In this document: positions 1 to 10,982 of the stretch, one piece after another
Position numbering within the stretch: the stretch's first letter is position 1
Layout of the letters: each line of letters begins with the position of its first letter
Assembly: GCA_977017575.1 (NCBI GenBank)
Contig: CDRNVI010000153.1
Coordinates: 62,001-126,000, forward strand
Reading direction: 5' to 3'
Length of the DNA stretch: 64,000 nucleotides
DNA from: Paramoeba atlantica
Lineage: Eukaryota > Protista > Discosea
Program-made: the position numbers and the translations under genes
The notes under the pieces: model-generated
Seen by the model: the letters and a program-made list of their open reading frames with translations, nothing else
Database searches by the model: none
What the model was told of the DNA's origin: nothing

Positions 1-94
1 TGTTTGGGGAGAGAGAGGAAGAAGTCATATGAAACACAAAGACAACAAAGAGAACACAATAATTATTCAGTAATAATAAAATTATTAAAGATAA

Positions 95-180
95 AAATAC
101 AACAAAAATATGGTTCAAAAATCAAGAGCTCTAAAATTAGAACTCTTTCTTTCTGTTCTCTTTGGTTTCTCTCCTGTTCT
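95..180 (+). promoter_or_regulatory. Orphan copy of the Ras-array upstream module (GGTTCAAAAATCAAGAGCTCTAAAATT + CT-rich tract) with no Ras ORF following
   Basis: 95-180 closely matches 13136-13230 and 21706-21790, which precede Ras genes. After ~180 the sequence switches to the minus-strand P-loop gene fragment. Confidence 0.7.
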
Positions 181-1044
181 CTGAATTGTTCAATTCCCCC
201 AGAACAAACTCTCCAGAGTCCTCATGGACCTGGTTGTGTAGTTGAGCAAAATGATCAATGATGAGAGACTTTCCACAACCTCGTGCTGCAATGGAGGCAC
301 TGATCCCAGCATCTTCAATTTTCCCACGTTTGGCAGTCTTTACCCCCTGCACATACTCCACAAACTTAGCCGTTGCATCCTCTCGATTCAAGGGAGTCCC
401 AGTGAGGGGTACATTCGCAAACGTTACACCTGCATCATAAGGGTTCTTTCTCATTTCAATACCATGTTTGCTGCTGATCTGAGAAACTAAATCAAGAATG
501 TCTTTGGAGCTTTGAAGGTGAATCACTGCTGTGTGAAAGAGATCTATTAGGGAGGCAGGCATTGGACACCAATCACCAACCAACTAACCAAAAAACAAAG
601 AAAAAACAAAACAGCAGGTTCTGATTCAAGAAACTTCTGCAGTCGGCAGTGAAGGAATGATTTCACATGTATTCTCTCTTTCTAAATTTCCTCTTTCCAG
701 GTGCAAACTCACAGCCAACACCAACAACCAACAACCAACAACCAACAACCAACAGCCAACAGCCACAACCAACAGCCAACAGCCAACAAGAGGAAAATCA
801 ACAAACCAGGTTCTGAACCAAGGTCCTTCAACAAACGTGCTTTATCCTGCCGAAGATCGTTGAGAGAGCACCGAAGATCGTTGAGAGAGCACCGAAGATC
901 GTCGAGATAATCCCCCCTCATCAGGTTATGGTTCTCGCCTGGAGGTTCGCTCATGACCTTCTTTGTCAATTCCGCAATCTCCTTTGTTACTTCCTCCATC
1001 TTTGTTTCTTTTCCCTCGATTTTCCTCTCCAGTTCGATCTTCAT
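180..1044 (-). pseudogene. 3'-truncated multi-exon gene: short coiled-coil N-terminus + P-loop NTPase fragment
   Basis: ORF 709-1044 is coiled-coil-like (…DLRCSLNDLRCSLNDLRQDKARLL…). ORF 137-583 has a Walker A-like AARGCGKS preceded by a hydrophobic strand. Intron-like tracts lie at ~560-613 and ~637-805. The frame runs into the Ras upstream module ~25 codons after Walker A and stops. Confidence 0.45.
853..906. repeat. 21-nt tandem repeat (about 2.5 copies) encoding one coiled-coil heptad (DLRCSLN) per unit
   Basis: CCGAAGATCGTTGAGAGAGCA is repeated in tandem. Confidence 0.85.
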
Positions 1045-1559
1045 AGCCCCACTCTGTGGAAAAGGAACACCTCAGATGAAATAAACAAACAAAAAAAAGA
1101 GCGTACCTCATCTCCAAAGAACCGTTTTGGGGTATGGCCAAGAGGGAGGAGCGACTGGGGAAGTCTTGCTGCAGAAGAGCACCAGCAACTGTCAGTTTTG
1201 TGGATAGTTGTTTGTTTTTGTTTTTTGTTTTTTTGGCAGGAAGCACTTCGCCTGTTCTTTTTTTTTCTTTTTTGTTTTTCGTTTTTGTTTTTTGTTTTTG
1301 TTTTTTGTTTTTGTTTTTTGTTTTTGTTTTTTGTTTTTGTTTTTTGTTTTTGTTTTTGTTTTTCATTTTGTTTGTTTTCTTTTCTTTTTCTCTTTTTTGG
1401 TGTGTTTATGTGTTCTTTGGACCAGAAAGAGTTAAAAATAAAAGACTTCACAGAAAACAGATCTTGGATTGGAGAAACTTTACGACTGTACACTTTGTTT
1501 TTGTTCTGACTGAGTATTGACCCTCCCAAACTTCAAATTCAGTACAACTTTTTCCCCCT

Positions 1560-4500
1560 TTCTTTTTTTTGTTTCTTTTTGTTTCTTTTTGTTTCTTTTT
1601 GGTTTTTGGTTTTTGCTTTCCTTTTTGCAAATATTTATTTCAATATTTCGGTTCGTGGTCTTCCACAGACTCACGTAGGAAAATGGGGGTGGAGGAGGGA
1701 CCCCCATCGTTTTACTCCTCGCTTAGGGCGGTTTTTGCATCTCAATAGATTCCTTGGGGTGAGACCTTATTTTCTTTTTCTTGTTGGTTCTTTGGGTTGA
1801 TGTCCAGTCGAAAATACTTTCTCGTAGGCTGATCGGGTGTAAGCTTCTGGCTCTGGTCCTCATGGTCTCGTATTCCGCTGATTCATGTGGGGTGCTGTGT
1901 TTGGGCCTGGGGCTTCTCTTCTTTCGATCTCTCTTCCTCGCTCTTCTAACTACACTGGGTTGGAACTGTGCTTTTCTCTTTCTTATTTGGGGGTTTGATG
2001 TTTGTGTATTCGGTGATGCTTGGGGTTGTTTGCTCTGATCTAAAGGTACTAATCTAGGTCTTATTATTATTTTGATCTTGTTTGTTCCTGTCTGTTCAAA
2101 ACGTACTGCTCTTTTGCGTTGTGGAGTTGTTCTTGGCTCGTTTTGGGGGTTTTGTTGGAGATATGTCGTTGTTACATGTTGAGTGGACTGTTGTTTTGCT
2201 TTTCGGATTTCTTTGTTTCTTTGTCTTTCTTCAAATTTATAGTGTGGTTCATAAAGCGCTGATTCTTGGATTATTTGGACGTCTTTTTGATGTTGGACTT
2301 CTTTTAATTGGTAGTGCATTTTTGTTTTATCATTAATTGTTATTTTCGTTGGTTTTAGAAGGGAATAGATTGGATATGTTACGTATCTACCGGGAAGGAG
2401 GACCTGGTGTGATCTGAAAATTAGTGTCTCTTGAATATCTTTGTGGGATGGCTTGGATTTGTTCCCTGTTGGTCTAGATTGATCTTCTGGGTGTCTTGCA
2501 TAATGGTCACCTCTTTCTTTGCTGATTCCAGCTGCGTGAGCTAGTTGGTCTGCTCTCCCATTGTATTTTCTTTTTATGTGTTGGTGTGTAATGGTATTGA
2601 AATCTTGGTCTAACTGTTCTGAAAGGATATGGATTTGCAAGATTGGGCTAGGTCAGTTTTTATCTTTGAGTCTCCAAGGATATGGAGGTCTTTTATGCCT
2701 GGGGATATGGCGAGTCTTTTGAGTTCATATTCTCCCCAAAACTCTCCAGTATTGCTTGTTCCCAGGGCTGTTGTAAGTGCTTTCGCTGCTATTTCTTCAT
2801 GATTTTTGTATATGACACAGCCTGCCCCACCTTTAAGGTTCGGGATGTCACCTGTGTCATCATAGTATCCCGTGAATTCCGTTCTCCTTTCGAAGACCGG
2901 TTTTTCTTCTTCTTTCTCACTGTCTTCTTTTGTTTCTTTGGGATTACTTGTGTTCTTTTTTTGTGGGGTTCTTTTTGATGTGTTGAGAATTCTCCTCTCA
3001 GCTTCCTTAAATTTTATGAGGTTTTTAGTGAAATGGAAGTCAGTTAGTTTTGGTAGATTGGCCTTTTCATCAAAACCTATGTCTGTAATTAAGTTTCTTA
3101 TCGTCATGAGGATTGTCAGGTTGAAAGTTGCTTGAGATAGGGACACTTTTCTTTCCACTAGGAGTAGATCGTTTATACTTCTCGGCCACTTGATATTCTG
3201 GTAAATTTTTGTCTTGGGTTTTAGAAAGTCTATCTTTTTCTTCATTTTTTTATAACATTCCAAAATATGTGGACAGTTGAGGAAATGGTGATAGGTTTCT
3301 CTTTCTTGGCACCCAAACCGGCATTTGTCATTGAGGTCTTTGATAAAATTTGCTGTCCTGCTTTTGTGGTTCCATGCTTTGGCAATGTAAGGATGTAATT
3401 GTGTTTAAAGGGGACTGGGAGTTTGTGTGATAGATTGTGGAGCATATTTGTTTCTGCATGGGGGCTTTTATCGTATGTGAAGCCCACTGGGTTGTGAGCA
3501 GGGAATCGGGCTCTAAGTTGAGAATATATCCAATTTGTGGGTCTTTTGATATTTTCCTTCCATTCGTTGTATTTTTCCCTGTTTGTGAAATGTTCATCAC
3601 AGTTTGTTTGATAGTTTTTTCTAAGGCCCATTATTCGGTAGTACATGTTTATGGCCCATCTTCTTTTCCATTCTACTGTGTTTTCACTCAGGTTGAATGT
3701 TTGGTGGTTTGTTTTACATGGTGGTCTTTTTGCAACTAGACATGCTATGTTGAATAACAGAGGGTGGATAATGGGGGTTTTAAAACTTAGTGGCGGAACA
3801 TTGGAGTACAGCATGGTGTTTGGGATATTGTTCTTACCACCAAGACCCACTCTTATTGTTCTTGACATTTCCCCCATAAGATTTTGAGGGATAATGGAGA
3901 AGCGTCCCAGGTATGGGATGTGTGATATTACGTATGTATTTATGTGGTTTATTCGTTGTTGGACAGTTGAGTTGGCTTTTTTCGTTTCGTTTTGTACAAA
4001 AGAAGCTGCCTCCTTTTGCTTGTCTAACCGGTGTTTCCAATTTGTTTGGCCAAAGTTTTTGGTTTCTATTTTAACCCCCAGGTATGTTGTTATTTTTGTT
4101 TTCTTTGCTTCGTCCCATGGATGGGGAAGTGGTTCATTAATTTGGCTATCAAACATGAGGAGAAGGATTTTATCATAATTTAATTTGCTGCCCATTGCTT
4201 CATTGTAGTTTTTAAAAACTGAGGTGATTTTCTCGAGTTGTGTGAAGTTTTGAAGGATAACAGCAATGTCGTCCATATATGCTCTTGCAAAATGATTTGG
4301 TTCGTCTGGTAACTTAGACACCAGAAGGTCAAAGATTAGTATGTAGAGTATAGGAGATAGCGGGCATCCTTGTTTGACACCAGTTACTGCTATAAACTCA
4401 ACACGTTTTGCTCCATTAATGTGGATTGTGGTTTTACTGGGTGCGAGTGCTAAGTTTGCTATGTTTCTGAGGTGTTTTGGGCAGTTAATTTTTTCCAACA

Positions 4501-5040
4501 TTAGTTTGATCATATCTCTGTTAATGAAGTCGTATGCTTTCATGTAATCGGTTTGGAGAATCATGGGCTTGTTACCCAAATCTCGTTCTTGTTGGTAAGC
4601 ATTTAAGATGTCATCAAGGCAGTCATCTATAAATCTGTTGTGTAAGAGGGCTCTTTGAGCTGGAGACACTATTTCAGAGAGGGTATCTCTGAATTCGTGT
4701 GTCCAGTATTTCATTAGAAGTCTGTATGAAGCATTGGTTATTGATATTGGTCTTGTTCTATCAGGTGTAACCGGTCCATCCTCTTTAGGAAGTAGGACTA
4801 ATCTGGCTTCGTTGAAATTTGGGCCTGGGTCGAAATTGTCTTGGGTTGATGCTTTTATCAGGTCTGGCCAGAAGCTTGGGAATTTTTTGTGCATAGCACG
4901 ATAATATGCAAAAGGGATGCCATTTGGTCCTGAGCCTGTTCTATTTGTTTTAGAGACTGTTTTGGTTATGATTTCTGGGTCAGGAGCGAAATCTTTTTCT
5001 TTTTCGATTTTGGGATAATCTTGAAGGATTTTTTTTTCTA
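1560..5040 (-). mobile_element. 5'-truncated non-LTR retrotransposon (L1/Tx1-like RT) with CCHC knuckle and C-terminal RNase H; degenerate 3' half
   Basis: RT motifs: SGPNGIP, RPISITNASYRL, TDYMKAYD, GVKQGCPLSP, YMDD, YLGV. After a -1 frameshift at ~3400 comes CRFGCQERETYHHFLNC. RNase H motifs follow (YYD…GGAGCVI…GEF…ILGDSK / ITHQHIKRKYNGRADQLA). AATAAA at 1634-1639 (minus strand) is followed by an A-rich tail (~1560-1626). No endonuclease or ORF1 is present. Confidence 0.88.
2540..3400 (-). pseudogene. Disrupted CCHC zinc knuckle + RNase HI-like domain of the retroelement
   Basis: The domain is split across ORFs 2610-3263 and 1723-2640. There is a frameshift/deletion just after GDSK, and apparent small deletions near the first Asp (YYDDTG) and after GEFWG. 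Confidence 0.7.
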
Positions 5041-5101
5041 CTCTTCTAACTCTTTCAATCTCAGAAAATGGGCAGGAACTCCCCCCCAAATTGAATGACA
5101 T
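3242..5101 (-). CDS. Non-LTR reverse transcriptase ORF (619 aa; RT core uninterrupted, C-terminus frameshifted)
   Basis: All core RT motifs lie in one frame with catalytic YMDD. The first ~20 codons overlap the last exon of the NRPS-like gene in another frame. Confidence 0.85.
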   Translation of the reverse strand: MSFNLGGSSCPFSEIERVRRVEKKILQDYPKIEKEKDFAPDPEIITKTVSKTNRTGSGPNGIPFAYYRAMHKKFPSFWPDLIKASTQDNFDPGPNFNEARLVLLPKEDGPVTPDRTRPISITNASYRLLMKYWTHEFRDTLSEIVSPAQRALLHNRFIDDCLDDILNAYQQERDLGNKPMILQTDYMKAYDFINRDMIKLMLEKINCPKHLRNIANLALAPSKTTIHINGAKRVEFIAVTGVKQGCPLSPILYILIFDLLVSKLPDEPNHFARAYMDDIAVILQNFTQLEKITSVFKNYNEAMGSKLNYDKILLLMFDSQINEPLPHPWDEAKKTKITTYLGVKIETKNFGQTNWKHRLDKQKEAASFVQNETKKANSTVQQRINHINTYVISHIPYLGRFSIIPQNLMGEMSRTIRVGLGGKNNIPNTMLYSNVPPLSFKTPIIHPLLFNIACLVAKRPPCKTNHQTFNLSENTVEWKRRWAINMYYRIMGLRKNYQTNCDEHFTNREKYNEWKENIKRPTNWIYSQLRARFPAHNPVGFTYDKSPHAETNMLHNLSHKLPVPFKHNYILTLPKHGTTKAGQQILSKTSMTNAGLGAKKEKPITISSTVHIFWNVIKK

Positions 5102-8100
5102 CCAATCTGTTCTCTTGGCAATGGAAATCCACCAGGAAGAAGCTCACTGCAGTGCCCCATCAGATTTTCTCGAGTGATAAATGCAACTTGATGTAAAATG
5201 ACATGATCTTCAATCTCAGCAGGCCCAAACTCCATTCCTTCTAATTCAAAAGAGTGACCAAAAATGACAGAATAATGAGATACAATACAGTGAGAACCAA
5301 CACGAATCATATCTGGGTCACCAAGATAAAGGGAATCAATGAAGCTTGCTGTTCCAATCTTCACTCCAAGACATCTCAAATAGAGGGTATAAAGAGGACT
5401 TCCAAGTGTGAGAGCTAGAAATCCAACATTGTTAAGTGATTTCAGTTGCCATGCTTTGAGGTATGGTTCAAGTCGTGTCACTTTCTCGGAGACTACATCG
5501 TATCTGCGGATCAAGATCCACTTTCCAACAATTGAAAGCAAAACCTTCAAAGCTTGAAAGGTCATGTACCACATCAAGAGAGAAAAGTAAGAGAGAGTGC
5601 GGTTTTGATACTCCAACCAAAGATATCGAACCAACTCATATCCTGGCCACATAAAACTTGCTAGAATAATGAGGAGGATCACAATTCCTCCAATTTGTTT
5701 TATGAAGCGAGCAACTTGAGGAATACATCCATGAAGAGAAGTGAATTGGGTGCTTGGTGCTTTTGGATAAATTTTTGCAGGAATTCCAACACACATTGAA
5801 TCATTGGGAACTTCCATTCCATCTTCAATCAAACATCTCCCTGCGATCTTACAATTCTCACCAATAACAACACCACCCCTGATTTCACAATCAGCTCCAA
5901 TCCAAGTACCCCTTCCAATTCGAATCTCCTGGAAGACTGTAAATCCACTTGGTGCTTCTTTTGATGCTGCTACTGTTAACACTGTTGAACCACCAATGAA
6001 AATATCATCTTCCAAAACAACAAGATCAACAAGTTCAGGGGTAAGACGGAAATTCGTCATCAAAACAGAGTTTTTGATCTCCATTCCCATGAGCTTTGCG
6101 AGCCAAATAATCAAATGAGTTTGTTGGAAATAAATTAAAAAGTGAGAACTCACAAAATCAAAGTGTCGATCAACAATGAACTTTCGCCACATGAACCACC
6201 CAGTTGATGGGTAAAGCACTCCTGGTTGAATCCCTCCAGGAAGAAAGATTCGCTTCACACAAATTACCATGATTATTTTCCCAAGAGCTAAGATGAGCAA
6301 TGAAATGAGAATAAAAACAAGGCCTGTGTAACGACCAGCATCAAAGTCACCTGATTCAACCACTTGAACAAATGGCATAACAGCCAAACCAGGGATAACT
6401 GATATCACAACAACAACCACAATGCCTATAAGTTTTGCCAGATGCCAAAGTAAAGAGTTCCCAGTTTCATTGGGTAAAACATCATCTTTCTGCTGCTCAT
6501 TGTCACCCCCTTCACTCTCAACATCTGTCTCAGTTGGTTCATAATACTCAAATGGCATGCGAGCTTCTCCTGGTTTCATTGTACCAGGAGCAGTGATGAT
6601 ACCATTTGGAGGGAGTGTAGAATTTCGCCCAATTTGAATCTGATCAAATCTCATGACTCCTGTGCTTTCAAATGAATAAGCGGTCACATGTGCACCACCA
6701 TCCAAATTGGACCCACCCCCAACCTCGATCAAATCAAATTCAGTCATCCAAACAGGCATAGACGAAGGCAAACCAGAAGGCATTCGGACTCCCATTGCTC
6801 GGAGCCAGAAAAAGTGCAGAAGAGTTTGTTTGAAAATCATCAACACCAGCTCCCCATAATACCAAAAGAGCGTTTTGACCATCCACCAACGAAGGAAATA
6901 AAAACTCCACAGTTGTGCCTTCCTTGGTTTCATTTGCCCAATGATCAACCATTTTGATATTGTGGTTAAGATAACCAAACATAACATCCCGATTAACAAT
7001 GCAACAGGAAAACCAATAAAGAGCAAACCATATCGACTGAACTTAGGATCAAAGAAAAACAGATATTCATACTCAAAATCACCATAGAGCCACTCGAGGT
7101 ACAGAAATGCAGGCCATAAACAAACAGCTCCAAATCCTGGGATAAAGATCAAAGAAAAGAGAGCTTGCATCATTCCAACAATCAGATATTGCCAATATGG
7201 AACTGTTCCCTCTCTACCACAAATTTCTCTTTCAGGACAATGTTCAGAACTTCCCATTCCAAACTCACATGCAGCAGCAGTCTTGGGAGTTTTCTTTGAA
7301 AAAAAAAGAAGGTTTAATCCAAAGAAGACGACCAGAGAGTTTTTTTGTTAAAAAAAAAAAGAAAAAAAGAAAAACCTGTGGTGCTCCAAATTCAATGACA
7401 ATCTCTGTGTCAGTCTTTCCATTGGAAACTTCATCGAAGAGAACATCAACAGCATTTCCAATTGTCCAATTTGGCCGAACACTATCCGAAGTTTCGCTCA
7501 GGAAATCCTTCTTCGTCAATTTCGTTGCAGTCAGTATCTCTCGAATTTTATCAGGAGAGAAATCAAGAAAGTGTGGCAAATCACGAATCTGGGTGTCTTC
7601 TTCTTCCAAAAGGGTTGAAATTGGTAACTCATTTCGCATTGTGAGGTGGTAGAGAAAGACAAAATGAAGGACCTTGCGTTTTTGTTCAACAGAGAGTTTG
7701 CCATTGGGACCGAAAACAGTATTGGGAGCAAAGTAGTTCTTCTTCCCACCTCCCTGTTGATCGAAATATTGTTCGAGAAGATGAAATGTCAAGAGGTTAA
7801 TTTGACCATAGTCATAAAGCATCATTGGATCAATTGTTAAAGAAGGAAACGCCTGAGAAAGGAAATGGCGGAGTTCAACTTGTTCAATAGAAGTCAACCC
7901 AAGTTCGAGAAAGGAAGATTCAGACTGAACAGTGTGGGTGGCATCAGAGCAAATAATTTGAGCAGTCATCAAACGAAGAAACACATTCATCACATTCTGG
8001 CAGCACTCTAAACCCATTTTATCGTCACCGAGAGATACACCCCCACAACAGTGAAGAATTGGAACAAGAATTGCAGGATCAGACAAGATTGGATTCATTC

Positions 8101-10982
8101 GGTCATTTCGATAATGTTTCTCATGCAATACCTGAAAAAGACCATTGAGATAATTCTCTTTGGTTTGCTTTCTCCTAATTTTCCCACTTGTCGTTTTCAA
8201 GATTGTTCGAGCAGGAAGAAGAACGACAATACTGCACTTAATTTCATGTCCACGCCTTACTGCATTTGCGATATCGTCACATATAGCTTCGTAATCCATG
8301 TTTTTGATTTGATGAGATCGCACTTCGATAACACAACAAATGAGTTCTTTGTCTTCCTCATCGACCATTGCAAAGACAGCACAACATCCAGGACGAATGG
8401 CTGAATTACTTTGGTCAACTGTGGCTTCTAAATCATTTGGGTAAAAATTCTTTCCACCAATAATGAGAATATCTTTTTTGCGACCACAAAGATAAACTTG
8501 CCCTTCATAGAGGAATCCAATGTCACCAGTTCGCAACCATCCACCACCCAAATCACTTCCATGATGAAGACCATCCTCTTTAATCACACCATGAAAGGTT
8601 TCTTCAGTTAAATCAGGTCGACCGTAATATCCGTGAGCCACTCTGCGCCCTCGAACCCAAATCTCTCCAGAAGAATACATATTTTGTAACTCACATGTCT
8701 CTTTATCAACAATCGCAACTTCACAATCAACAGGCCAACCACATCCCACCACAGAGAGGGTTGTCTCCCCCTCCTCTCCATCCTCCTCTTCTTCTTTCCC
8801 CTCACTCTTCTCACTCACAATCATCATCTGACCACTTCCAGGTTCATCTTCTTCCTCCTTGCTGGAGTTCTTTTCAACAATTTTGACTCCGTCGTGTTCT
8901 AACTGTTCTTTCACTAAAACCTTCACTCTATTTTGTCGATAAGCTCGCTCATCAATCTTAAGTTCATTAACCACCTCATCTGGGAGATGAGTGGTGATGA
9001 TCAAAGTACTCTCTGCCATTCCATACACTGGACAATGCGCAATTGGACGGAAAGATGAAAATCGTTCATTCCAAGAACAGAGAGTGTCTAATCTCACTGG
9101 TTCAGAACCATTCAAAGCACACCGCATACTAGACAAATCTAAGGTATCGGCAACTTCTTGAGAGGTTTTCTTGGCACACAACTCATATCCAAAGTTGGGA
9201 CCTGTGGTAACACAAGCTTTGTATTTGCTGATCATCTGCGCAAAGAGAGTAGGATTGGAGAGAAAGGTAGCAGGGCTGGCCCCAATTGTCGCTCTACCCA
9301 TCAAGAGAGGATAAAAAATTGCCCCGATCAATCCTGTGGAAATTAAAGAGTTTTTAAAGGTTTGTTGGTAAAAAAAAAACGCAGCTTCTTCTTAAGTTAT
9401 GAATAAAACTTACCCATATCATGATACTGCGGAATCCAAAATATCTAGAATTAAAGGGAGGAGATAAGTTCATGGTCATCTAAAAACGAAAGGGAAAAAA
9501 GGGAAAAAAGAAGACTGTTGGTTTCTAAAGAGGGAAAATAAAAAAGAAGATGTAAAAATGACTCCATACCATTATGTCACAATTCCCTGGAGACACTGAA
9601 ACATTGTAGAGAACGTTGGCATGTGAAACCATCACTCCTTTTGGATCACCTGTACTTCCTGTGGAGGAACAATAAAATTATTATTATAAATTTGATGTGG
9701 TATGATGATTGGCACCTCTAATTTTTTTCGACCACCAAAAAATCCTTTCTTCTCTTTTGCATAAACTCTTTTTACATTCCTCCATATCCAATCTAATTAT
9801 CAAATCCCCTTCAAATAAGAAAGAATCAATTGCGAAACCTGAAGTATATTGGAGGAATGCAAGATCATCTGATGCAATCGGATCATTGAGGAATGAATCA
9901 CCATCGCTTGAGAATTCGACATCTTTGAGTTTGAGGGATTTGTCCACGCTCATCCAGGGGAGTTCAGGCCAAGATTGACTTTTTTTTTTCTTTGGTGACT
10001 CTTGAATTTGGTCTGCCTCACCGACTGTGATATCTCCCAACTCTTCTTTTCCAATCCCATTCCCGAAAGAATTGAATGAGAACTTTCCAGAGAATCTTCC
10101 TCCAAACGATGCTGATGATCTGGATGAAATCAGTCCCGAATCACCCAACGAGTGTTTTGACTTTGAGAATGACTTGTTTGAGAAACTCCCACTCCCTATG
10201 TCGTCGTTTTTGTCTTTGAGACTTTTGAAGGAGAATCGGTTCGAGTCTTTCATAGATTGTCCCAATGACCTTTTTGACCCTGACCTGGGAGAATGTCTCC
10301 CACCCTCGCAAAAACTGGGCTCCTTCGACAACCAGGTTGGTGTTGCGATCTTGATGAGTGTGTTTTTTTTCTGTTGCAATTTTGTGAACGGCATAACTTT
10401 CTCTCTGTACGCTCGGTGGGTGAGAATGAGCCGACAATTTGCATTTTCAAGAGCGGTTGAAAATCTTGGAACAGAAATATCAGGCTTTGAGGGGTCTGGA
10501 GGATACACTGGGACTGCAACAATCCCTGAGAGAAAAATTGAACAACAATGAAAAATAAACTGGATGGATTAAAAGGATTGGAAAAAAAAAAAACCTGTCA
10601 GTAAACATGCCAGCATTGCAGGAATAAAATCAATCCCAGGAAGGAAACACAACGCAACTTTGTCCCCTGCATTCAAATGAAATTTGGAGAACATTCGTTT
10701 TGCGATGTGTTGTGCGCTGTTCAACAACTGACGATAGCTCCTTCTTGACACTTCTTCACATGATTTATCGACCCATATTATCGCAGGACTGTCTGGCGCT
10801 TTTTTCGTTCTTCTAGTGAATGCTTCTCGAAAATTCTTACATTCCAGGAGTTCTTCGTGATTTAATCCCACCGGCCCAAAATGTGTATCGTAAAAGTCTT
10901 GTTGTTCAGACGATGGCGAAGGACGATTTTCTCTTGCCCTCATCATAATTTCGTGACTTCCTTTGATGTACGCCATCTTCAT
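5038..10982 (-). CDS. Single-module NRPS-like enzyme: fatty acyl-AMP ligase (FAAL)-type adenylation domain + carrier (ACP/PCP) domain + three TM/left-handed beta-helix repeats (Pls / TIGR02353-like terminal domain); at least 6 exons, start uncertain
   Basis: Spliced motifs: VPVYPP, AFLQYTSGSTGDPKGVMVSH, IFWIPQYHDMGLIG, SPATFLSNP, GPNFGY, NGSEPV, YGMAES, LRTGDIG, GRKKD, KTTSGKIRR. Carrier motif FLELGLTSI. The last exon has three units of TM + 'LR.LG..IG' + hexapeptide repeats, ending WGGVPA. Approximate exons (minus): 10982-10593, 10531-9842, 9660-9571, 9444-9414, 9343-~7375, ~7291-5038. Confidence 0.85.

Noticed and set aside
926-1630. Several long ORFs on both strands rich in K/Q/N or F/C/L
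   Set aside because: They are translations of (TTTTTG)n and A-rich simple repeats, including the LINE tail.
3395-3415. TTTAAAC slippery heptamer at the RT/CCHC frameshift, suggesting programmed -1 frameshifting
   Set aside because: The heptamer is not phased to the RT reading frame, and the downstream frame has a stop at that spot. A 1-nt mutation is the simpler explanation given other lesions nearby.
1540-5060. Target-site duplication for the LINE
   Set aside because: No matching direct repeat was found at the two ends by eye, so the boundaries remain approximate.
10027-10551. 174-aa + strand ORF opposite the FAAL exon
   Set aside because: Antisense shadow of the Ser-rich coding exon with no recognisable motif.
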